DNA of 8,207 nucleotides from Giardia intestinalis (Eukaryota): NCBI GenBank assembly GCA_000002435.2, contig AACB03000019.1; one strand, 5' to 3'. Shown piece by piece: positions 1 to 8,207 of this stretch (position 1 is its first letter; each line of letters starts with the position of its first letter). The notes under the pieces were generated by a model. It saw only the letters and a program-made list of their open reading frames with translations, ran no database searches and was not told where the DNA came from. The position numbers and the translations under genes were made by a program.

Positions 1-3000
1 CCGCGCTGATCGGCGCCGGGTGTGCGACATGCACAGGAGAGAACGACGGACAGACGTGCCTTACGTGTAATCCCAAGAGAACAAGGTGCAGCCTGGCGGA
101 AAGAAATGCGGAGTCAGGCTGCCGGCGAACTCCACCCTAAGGAGAGCGTGTGCGAGTGCACGGAGGATACAGGCCGAACGCCCCAGGGCCAGTGCGAGCA
201 AGACCCCCGCCGCGGTGTGTGCGCCCGCGCTGATCGGCGCCGGGTGTGCGACATGCACAGGAAAGAACGACGGACAGACGTGCCTTACGTGTAATCCCCA
301 AGAGAACAAGGTGCAGCCTGGCGGAAAGAAATGCGGAGTCGGCTGCGGGAACTGCCAACCCCTAAGGAGAGCGTGTGCGAGTGCAACGGAGGATACAGGC
401 CGAACGCCCAGGGCCAGTGCGAGCAAGACCCCGCCGCGGTGTGTGCGCCCGCGCTGATCGGCGCCGGGTGTGCGACATGCACAGGAGAGAACGACGGACA
501 GACGTGCCTTACGTGTAATCCCAAGAGAGAACAAGGTGCAGCCTGGCGGAAAGAAATGCGGAGTCGGCTGCCCGGCGAACTCCACCCCTAAGGAGAGCGT
601 GTGCGAGTGCAACGGAGGATACAGGCCGAACGCCCAGGGCCAGTGCGAGCAAGACCCCGCCGCGGTGGTGTGCGCCCGCGCTGATCGGCGCCGGGTGTGC
701 GAACATGCACAGGAGAGAACGACGGACAGACGTGCCTTACGTGTATCCCCAAGAGAACAAGGTGCAGCCTGGCGGAAAGAAATGCGGAGTCGGCTGCCCG
801 GCGAACTCCACCCTAAGGAGAGCGTGTGCGAGTGCAACGGAGGATACAGGCCGAACGCCCAGGGCCAGTGCGAGCAAGACCCGCCGCGCGGTGTGTGCGC
901 CCGCGCTGATCGGCGCCGGGTGTGCGACATGCACAGGAGAGAACGACGGACAGACGTGCCTTACGTGTAATCCCCAAGAACAAGGTGCAGCCTGGCGGAA
1001 AGAAATGCGGAGTCGGCTGCCCGGCGAACTCCACCCCTAAGGAGAGCGTGTGCGAGTGCAACGGAGGATACAGGCCGAACGCCCAGGGCCAGTGCGAGCA
1101 AGACCCCGCCGCGGTGTGTGCGCCGCGCTGATCGGCGCCGGGTGTGGCGACATGCACAGGAGAGACGGACAGACGGCCTTACGTGTAATCCCAAGAGAAC
1201 AAGGTGCAGCCTGGCGGAAAGAAATGCGGAGTCGGCTGCCCGGCGAACTCCACCCCTAAGGAGAGCGTGTGCGAGTGCAACGGAGGATACAGGCCGAACG
1301 CCCAGGGCCAGTGCGAGCAAGACCCCGCCGCGGTGTGTGCGCCCGCGCTGATCGGCGCCGGGTGTGCGACATGCACAGGAGAGAACGACGGACAGACGTG
1401 CCTTACGTGTAATCCCCAAGAGAACAAGGTGCAGCCTGGCGGAAAGAATGCGGAGTCGGCTGCCCGGCGAACTCCACCCCTAAGGAGAGCGGTGCGAGTG
1501 CAACGGAGGATACAGGCCCGAACGCCCAGGGCCAGTGCGAGGCAAGACCCCGCCGCGGTGTGTGCGCCGCGCTGATCGGCGCCGGGTGGCGACATGCACA
1601 GGAGAGAACGACGGACAGACGTGCCTTACGTGTAATCCCCAAGAGAACAAGGTGCAGCTGGCGGAAAGAAATGCGGAGTCCGGCCTGCCCGGCGAACTCC
1701 ACCCCTAAGAGAGCGTGTGCGAGTGCAACGAGGATACAGGCCGAACGCCCAGGGCCAGTGCGAGCAAGACCCCGCCGCGGTGTGTGCGCCCGCGCTGATC
1801 GGCGCCGGGTGTGCGACATGCACAGGAGAGAACGACGGACAGACGTGCCTTACGTGTAATCCCCAAGAGAACAAGGTGCAGCCTGGCGGAAAGAATGCGG
1901 ATCGGCTGCCCGGCGAACTCCACCCCTAAGGAGAGCGTGTGCGAGTGCAACGGAGGATACAGGCCGAACGCCCAGGGCCAGTGCGAGCAAGACCCCGCCG
2001 CGGTGTGTGCGCCCGCGCTGATCGGCGCCGGGTGTGCGACATGCACAGGAGAGAACGACGGACAGACGTGCCTTACGTGTAATCCCAAGAGAACAAGGTG
2101 CAGCCTGGCGGAAAGAAATGCGGGAGTCGGCTGCCCGGCGAACTCCACCCCTAAGGAGAGCGTGTGCGAGTGCAACGGAGGATACAGGCCGAACGCCCAG
2201 GGCCAGTGCGAGCAAGACCCCGCCGCGGTGTGTGCGCCCGCGCTGATCGGCGCCGGGTGTGCGACATGCACAGGAGAGAACGACGGACAGACGTGCCTTA
2301 CGTGTAATCCCCAAGAGAACAAGGTGCAGCCTGGCGGAAAGAATGCGGAGTCGGCTGCCCGGCGAACTCCACCCCTAAGGAGAGCGTGTGCGAGTGCAAC
2401 GGAGGATACAGGCCGAACGCCCAGGGCCAGTGCGAGCAAGACCCGCCGCGGTGTGTGCGCCCGCGCTGATCGGCGCCGGGTGTGCGACATGCACAGGAGA
2501 GAACGACGGACAGACGTGCCTTACGTGTAATCCCAAGAGAACAAGGTGCAGCCTGGCGGAAAGAATGCGGAGTCGGCTGCCCGGCGAACTCCACCCTAAG
2601 GAGAGCGTGTGCGAGTGCAACGGAGGATACAGGCCGAACGCCCAGGGCCAGTGCGAGCAAGACCCCGCCGCGGTGTGTGCGCCCGCGCTGATCGGCGCCG
2701 GGTGTGCGACATGCACAGGAGAGAACGACGGACAGACGTGCCTTACGTGTAATCCCCAAGAGAACAAGGTGCAGCCTGGCGGAAAGAAATGCGGAGTCGG
2801 CTGCCCGGCGAACTCCACCCCTAAGGAGAGCGTGTGCGAGTGCAACGGAGGATACAGGCCGAACGCCCAGGGCCGTGCGAGCAAGACCCCGCCGCGGTGT
2901 GTGCGCCCGCGCTGATCGGCGCCGGGTGTGCGACATGCACAGGAGAGAACGACGGACAGACGTGCCTTACGTGTAATCCCCAAGAGAACAAGGTGCAGCC

Positions 3001-6000
3001 TGGCGGAAAGAAATGCGGAGTCGGCTGCCCGGCGAACTCCACCCCTAAGGAGAGCGTGTGCGAGTGCAACGGAGGATACAGGCCGAACGCCCAGGGCCAG
3101 TGCGAGCAAGACCCCGCCGCGGTGTGTGCGCCCCGCGCTGATCGGCGCCGGGTGTGCGACATGCACAGGAGAGAACGACGGACAGACGTGCCTTACGTGT
3201 AATCCCCAAGAGAACAAGGTGCAGCCTGGCGGAAAGAAATGCGGAGTCGGCTGCCCGGCGAACTCCACCCCTAAGGAGAGCGTGTGCGAGTGCAACGGAG
3301 GATACAGGCCGAACGCCCAGGGCCAGTGCGAGCAAGACCCCGCCGCGGTGTGTGCGCCCGCGCTGATCGGCGCCGGGTGTGCGACATGCACAGGAGAGAA
3401 CGACGGACAGACGTGCCTTACGTGTAATCCCCAAGAGAACAAGGTGCAGCCTGGCGGAAAGAAATGCGGAGTCGGCTGCCCGGCGAACTCCACCCCTAAG
3501 GAGAGCGTGTGCGAGTGCAACGGAGGATACAGGCCGAACGCCCAGGGCCAGTGCGAGCAAGACCCCGCCGCGGTGTGTGCGCCCGCGCTGATCGGCGCCG
3601 GGTGTGCGACATGCACAGGAGAGAACGACGGACAGACGTGCCTTACGTGTAATCCCCAAGAGAACAAGGTGCAGCCTGGCGGAAAGAAATGCGGAGTCGG
3701 CTGCCCGGCGAACTCCACCCCTAAGGAGAGCGTGTGCGAGTGCAACGGAGGATACAGGCCGAACGCCCAGGGCCAGTGCGAGCAAGACCCCGCCGCGGTG
3801 TGTGCGCCCGCGCTGATCGGCGCCGGGTGTGCGACATGCACAGGAGAGAACGACGGACAGACGTGCCTTACGTGTAATCCCCAAGAGAACAAGGTGCAGC
3901 CTGGCGGAAAGAAATGCGGAGTCGGCTGCCCGGCGAACTCCACCCCTAAGGAGAGCGTGTGCGAGTGCAACGGAGGATACAGGCCGAACGCCCAGGGCCA
4001 GTGCGAGCAAGACCCCGCCGCGGTGTGTGCGCCCGCGCTGATCGGCGCCGGGTGTGCGACATGCACAGGAGAGAACGACGGACAGACGTGCCTTACGTGT
4101 AATCCCCAAGAGAACAAGGTGCAGCCTGGCGGAAAGAAATGCGGAGTCGGCTGCCCGGCGAACTCCACCCCTAAGGAGAGCGTGTGCGAGTGCAACGGAG
4201 GATACAGGCCGAACGCCCAGGGCCAGTGCGAGCAAGACCCCGCCGCGGTGTGTGCGCCCGCGCTGATCGGCGCCGGGTGTGCGACATGCACAGGAGAGAA
4301 CGACGGACAGACGTGCCTTACGTGTAATCCCCAAGAGAACAAGGTGCAGCCTGGCGGAAAGAAATGCGGAGTCGGCTGCCCGGCGAACTCCACCCCTAAG
4401 GAGAGCGTGTGCGAGTGCAACGGAGGATACAGGCCGAACGCCCAGGGCCAGTGCGAGCAAGACCCCGCCGCGGTGTGTGCGCCCGCGCTGATCGGCGCCG
4501 GGTGTGCGACATGCACAGGAGAGAACGACGGACAGACGTGCCTTACGTGTAATCCCCAAGAGAACAAGGTGCAGCCTGGCGGAAAGAAATGCGGAGTCGG
4601 CTGCCCGGCGAACTCCACCCCTAAGGAGAGCGTGTGCGAGTGCAACGGAGGATACAGGCCGAACGCCCAGGGCCAGTGCGAGCAAGACCCCGCCGCGGTG
4701 TGTGCGCCCGCGCTGATCGGCGCCGGGTGTGCGACATGCACAGGAGAGAACGACGGACAGACGTGCCTTACGTGTAATCCCCAAGAGAACAAGGTGCAGC
4801 CTGGCGGAAAGAAATGCGGAGTCGGCTGCCCGGCGAACTCACCCCTAAGGAGAGCGTGTGCGAGTGCAACGGAGGATACAGGCCGAACGCCCAGGGCCAG
4901 TGCGAGCAAGACCCCGCCGCGGTGTGTGCGCCCGCGCTGATCGGCGCCGGGTGTGCGACATGCACAGGAGAGAACGACGGACAGACGTGCCTTACGTGTA
5001 ATCCCAAGAGAACAAGGTGCAGCCTGGCGGAAAGAAATGCGGAGTCGGCTGCCCGGCGAACTCCACCCCTAAGGAGAGCGTGTGCGAGTGCAACGGAGGA
5101 TACAGGCCGAACGCCCAGGGCCAGTGCGAGCAAGACCCCGCGCGGTGTGTGCGCCCGCGCTGATCGGCGCCGGGTGTGCGACATGCACAGGAGAGAACGA
5201 CGGACAGACGTGCCTTACGTGTAATCCCCAAGAGAACAGGTGCAGCCTGGCGGAAAGAAATGCGGAGTCGGCTGCCCGGCGAACTCCACCCTAAGGAGAG
5301 CGTGTGCGAGTGCAACGGAGGATACAGGCCGAACGCCCAGGGCCAGTGCGAGCAAGACCCCGCCGCGGTGTGTGCGCCCGCGCTGATCGGCGCCGGGTGT
5401 GCGACATGCACAGGAGAGAACGACGGACAGACGTGCCTTACGTGTAATCCCCAAGAGAACAAGGTGCAGCCTGGCGGAAAGAAATGCGGAGTCGGCTGCC
5501 GGCGAACTCCACCCTAAGGAGAGCGTGTGCGAGTGCAACGGAGGATACAGGCCGAACGCCCAGGGCCAGTGCGAGCAAGACCCCGCCGCGGGTGTGTGCG
5601 CCCGCGCTGATCGGCGCCGGGTGTGCGACATGCACAGGAGAGAACGACGGACAGACGTGCCTTACGTGTAATCCCAAGAGAACAAGGTGCAGCCTGGCGG
5701 AAAGAAATGCGGAGTCGGCTGCCCGGCGAACTCCACCCTAAGGAGAGCGTGTGCGAGTGCAACGGAGGATACAGGCCGAACGCCCAGGGCCAGTGCGAGC
5801 AAGACCCCGCCGCGGTGTGTGCGCCCGCGCTGATCGGCGCCGGGTGTGCGACATGCACAGGAGAGAACGACGGACAGACGTGCCTTACGTGTAATCCCCA
5901 AGAGAACAAGGTGCAGCCTGGCGGAAAGAAATGCGGAGTCGGCTGCCCGGCGAACTCCACCCCTAAGGAGAGCGTGTGCGAGTGCAACGGAGGATACAGG

Positions 6001-8207
6001 CCGAACGCCCAGGGCCAGTGCGAGCAAGACCCCGCCGCGGTGTGTGCGCCCGCGCTGATCGGCGCCGGGTGTGCGACATGCACAGGAGAGAACGACGGAC
6101 AGACGTGCCTTACGTGTAATCCCCAAGAGAACAAGGTGCAGCCTGGCGGAAAGAAATGCGGAGTCGGCTGCCCGGCGAACTCCACCCCTAAGGAGAGCGT
6201 GTGCGAGTGCAACGGAGGATACAGGCCGAACGCCCAGGGCCAGTGCGAGCAAGACCCCGCCGCGGTGTGTGCGCCCGCGCTGATCGGCGCCGGGTGTGCG
6301 ACATGCACAGGAGAGAACGACGGACAGACGTGCCTTACGTGTAATCCCCAAGAGAACAAGGTGCAGCCTGGCGGAAAGAATGCGGAGTCGGCTGCCCGGC
6401 GAACTCCACCCCTAAGGAGAGCGTGTGCGAGTGCAACGGAGGATACAGGCCGAACGCCCAGGGCCAGTGCGAGCAAGACCCCGCCGCGGTGTGTGCGCCC
6501 GCGCTGATCGGCGCCGGGTGTGCGACATGCACAGGAGAGAACGACGGACAGACGTGCCTACGTGTAATCCCCAAGAGAACAAGGTGCAGCCTGGCGGAAA
6601 GAAATGCGGAGTCGGCTGCCCGGCGAACTCCACCCCTAAGGAGAGCGTGTGCGAGTGCAACGGAGGATACAGGCCGAACGCCCAGGGCCAGTGCGAGCAA
6701 GACCCCGCCGCGGTGTGTGCGCCCGCGCTGATCGGCGCCGGGTGTGCGACATGCACAGGAGAGAACGACGGACAGACGTGCCTTACGTGTAATCCCCAAG
6801 AGAACAAGGTGCAGCCTGGCGGAAAGAAATGCGGAGTCGGCTGCCCGGCGAACTCCACCCCTAAGGAGAGCGTGTGCGAGTGCAACGGAGGATACAGGCC
6901 GAACGCCCAGGGCCAGTGCGAGCAAGACCCCGCCGCGGTGTGTGCGCCCGCGCTGATCGGCGCCGGGTGTGCGACATGCACAGGAGAGAACGACGGACAG
7001 ACGTGCCTTACGTGTAATCCCCAAGAGAACAAGGTGCAGCCTGGCGGAAAGAAATGGCGGAGTCGGCTGCCCGGCGAACTCCACCCCTAAGGAGAGCGGT
7101 GTGCGAGTGCAACGGAGGATACAGGCCGAACGCCCAGGGCCAGTCGAGCAAGACCCCGCCGCGGGTGTGTGCGCCCGCGCTGATCGGCGCCGGGTGTGCG
7201 ACATGCACAGGAGAGAACGACGGACAGACGTGCCTTACGTGTAATCCCCAAGAGAACAAGGTGCAGCCTGGCGGAAAGAAATGCGGGAGTCGGCTGCCCG
7301 GCGAACTCCACCCCTAAGGAGAGGCGTGTGCGAGGTGCAACGGAGGATACAGGCCGAACGCCCAGGGCCAGTGCGAGCAAGACCCGCCGCGGTGTGTGCG
7401 CCCGCGCTGATCGGCGCCGGGTGTGTGCGACATGCACAGGAGAGAACGACGGACAGACGTGCCTTACGTGTATCCCCAAAGAGAACAAGGTGCAGCCTGG
7501 CGGAAAGAAAATGCGGAGTCCGGCTGCCCGGCGAACTCCACCCCTAAGGAGAGCGTGTGCGAGTGCAACGGAGGATACAGGCCGAACGCCCAGGGCCAGT
7601 GCGAGCAAGACCCCGCCGCGGTGTGTGCGCCCGCGCTGATCGGCGCCGGGTGTGCGACAATGCACAGGAGAGAACGACGGACAGACGTGCCTTACGTGTA
7701 ATCCCCAAGAGAACAAGGTGCAGCCTGGCGGAAAGAAATGCGGAGTCGGCTGCCCGGCGAACTCCACCCCTAAGGAGAGCGTGTGCGAGTGCAACGGAGG
7801 ATACAGGCCGAACGCCCAGGGCCAGTGCGAGCAAGACCCCCGCCGCCGGTGTGTGCGCCCGCGCTGATCGGCGCCGGGGGTGTGCGACATGCACAGGAGG
7901 GAACGACGGACAGACGTGCCTTACGTGTAATCCCCAAGAGAACAAGGTGCAGCCTGGCGGAAAGAAATGCGGAGTCGGCTGCCCGGCGAACTCCACCCCT
8001 AAGGAGAGCGTGTGCGAGTGCAACGGAGGATACAGGCCGAACGCCCAGGGCCAGTGCGAGCAAGACCCCGCCGCGGTGTGTGCGCCCGCGCTGATCGCCG
8101 CGGGTGTGCGACATGCACAGGAGAGAACGACGGACAGACGTGCCTTACGTGTAATCCCCAAGAGAACAAGGTGCAGCCTGGCGGAAAGAAATGCGGAGTC
8201 GGCTGCC
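1..8207 (+). CDS. Internal fragment, open at both ends, of a giant tandem-repeat gene for a cysteine-rich EGF-like/CXXC repeat protein, probably secreted or surface-located. The frame is broken by many 1-2 bp indels, which are probably sequence errors.
   Basis: One + frame of the consensus unit is stop-free. It translates to CAPALIGAGCATCTGENDGQTCLTCNPQENKVQPGGKKCGVGCPANSTPKESVCECNGGYRPNAQGQCEQDPAAV. Ten Cys per 75 aa are regularly spaced. CECNGGYRPNAQGQC matches the EGF signature C-x-C-x2-[GP]-[FYW]-x4-8-C. There are two CXXC motifs (CATC, CLTC) and an NST sequon. GC3 is about 77% against about 62% overall, which favours this frame over the other two stop-free frames. Peptide fragments of this frame appear in + ORFs across the whole window (for example 331..591, 1204..1575, 1811..2530, 2388..2915, 2928..4940, 5623..6507, 6425..7090). 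No start, stop, signal peptide or TM segment is visible because the window lies entirely inside the repeat region. Confidence 0.55.
3132..4838 (+). CDS. Longest uninterrupted in-frame block of the repeat gene. It spans 7.6 units that are identical at DNA level and encodes 569 aa of perfect 75-aa repeats. It is the in-frame core of track ORF 2928..4940.
   Basis: Track ORF 2928..4940 starts in an off-frame (MRHAQERTT...). It enters the cysteine-rich frame at an extra 'c' in 'gcgccccgcg' (3131-3134). It leaves that frame at a missing 'c' in 'gaactcacccc' (about 4841). Between those sites all three forward and both stop-free reverse translations repeat perfectly, so the DNA is identical unit to unit. 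Confidence 0.6.
5739..6380 (+). CDS. Second indel-free in-frame block of the same repeat gene, about 2.85 units. It lies within track ORF 5623..6507.
   Basis: The true frame is entered after a C4-to-C3 deletion in 'ccaccctaagg' (about 5736-5738). It is lost at 'aaagaatgcgg', where one 'a' is missing at about 6380. The translation between these sites is perfect repeats of the 75-aa module. Confidence 0.5.
6560..7055 (+). CDS. Third indel-free in-frame block of the same repeat gene, about 2.2 units. It lies within track ORF 6425..7090.
   Basis: The true frame is entered after the missing 't' in 'gtgcctacgtg' (about 6559). It is lost at the extra 'g' in 'aaatggcgg' (about 7056). The translation ...TCNPQENKVQPGGKKCGVGCPANSTPKESVCECNGGYRPNAQGQCEQDPAAVCAPALIGAGCATC... 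repeats perfectly. Confidence 0.5.

Larger units (their letters stand above)
1..8207. repeat. Tandem array of a 225-bp unit, about 36.5 head-to-tail copies. It fills the whole window, both ends are inside the array, and the unit length equals 75 codons.
   Basis: The anchor 'gctgatcgg' recurs at about 5, 229, 453, 680, 905, 1128, 1350, 1570, 1795, 2017, 2243, 2465, 2688, 2911, 3137, 3362, 3587, 3812, 4037, 4262, 4487, 4712, 4936, 5159, 5384, 5606, 5829, 6054, 6279, 6503, 6727, 6952, 7178, 7400, 7627, 7862 and 8089. Spacing is exactly 225 bp wherever there are no indels. The ORF track shows the same peptides recurring every 75 aa in all frames. Confidence 0.97.

Noticed and set aside
3154-4716. 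Repeated 70-aa + strand ORFs (MRHAQERTTDRRALRVIPKRTRCSLAERNAESAARRTPPLRRACASATEDTGRTPRASASKTPPRCVRPR) at 3154, 3379, 3604, 3829, 4054, 4279, 4504 and elsewhere.
   Set aside because: This is an off-frame (+1) reading of the same repeat. It starts at a GTG and hits a TGA once per unit. The Arg/Ala/Thr/Pro-rich composition is typical of GC-rich out-of-frame translation. The third forward frame (..VCDMHRRERRTDVPYV*) is likewise spurious.
2375-4909. Very long - strand ORFs of 844 aa (2375..4909) and 579 aa (3045..4784), plus many shorter - strand ORFs, all made of perfect 75-aa repeats. Examples of the peptides are ...HSHTLSLGVEFAGQPTPHFFPPGCTLFSWGLHVRHVCPSF... and ...GITRKARLSVVLSCACRTPGADQRGRTHRGGVLLALALGVRP....
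   Set aside because: They are the antisense of the cysteine-rich + frame. The unit happens to be stop-free in two reverse frames as well, which is common in GC-rich sequence. The peptides are low-complexity and His/Pro/Ala/Arg/Leu-rich, as expected from reverse-complemented Cys, Gly and Glu codons. They have no domain-like cysteine spacing and lack the GC3 enrichment of the + frame. Their great length is only a by-product of repeat identity.
1-8207. CRISPR array, because the sequence is highly regular.
   Set aside because: The period is 225 bp with no alternation of short repeats and unique spacers. Every unit is the same sequence, so this is a tandem duplication, not a repeat-spacer architecture.
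1-8207. Programmed phase variation by slipped-strand mispairing at the recurrent C4 and A3 homopolymer sites.
   Set aside because: The tracts are very short, 3-4 nt. Indels also occur at many non-homopolymer positions, and dozens of independent frameshifts in one gene would abolish rather than switch expression. Read-error under-calling of homopolymers explains the recurrence more simply.
1-8207. Non-coding satellite or centromeric repeat.
   Set aside because: The consensus unit translates in one frame to a 10-Cys module matching the EGF C-x-C-x2-G-Y-x6-C signature, with CXXC motifs and elevated GC3. The unit length is exactly 75 codons. This coding-like structure would be an odd coincidence for a satellite. 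It cannot be fully excluded without expression data.

Overview
The whole 8,207-bp window is one head-to-tail tandem array of a 225-bp unit, about 36.5 copies, with no unique flanking sequence at either end. One + strand frame of the consensus unit encodes a 75-aa cysteine-rich module: CAPALIGAGCATCTGENDGQTCLTCNPQENKVQPGGKKCGVGCPANSTPKESVCECNGGYRPNAQGQCEQDPAAV. It has 10 Cys, two CXXC motifs, an EGF-type C-x-C-x2-G-Y-x6-C signature and an N-S-T sequon. GC3 in this frame is about 77%, against roughly 62% GC overall. The window therefore looks like the internal repeat region of a very large gene for a secreted or surface cysteine-rich EGF-like repeat protein. The domain architecture recalls protist variant-surface or high-cysteine membrane proteins, but the taxon cannot be fixed without a database search. 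The reading frame breaks at more than 60 places, almost all 1-2 bp indels and very few substitutions. Indel-free stretches are 3132..4840 (7.6 identical units), about 5739..6380 and about 6560..7055. This pattern fits an unpolished long-read assembly of a repeat array far better than evolutionary divergence. If the indels are real, the locus is a decayed pseudogene. Most other ORFs in the track are off-frame or antisense artefacts; two - strand frames are also stop-free per unit. No RNA genes, CRISPR, mobile elements, promoters or terminators can be supported, and no defence-type system is visible.
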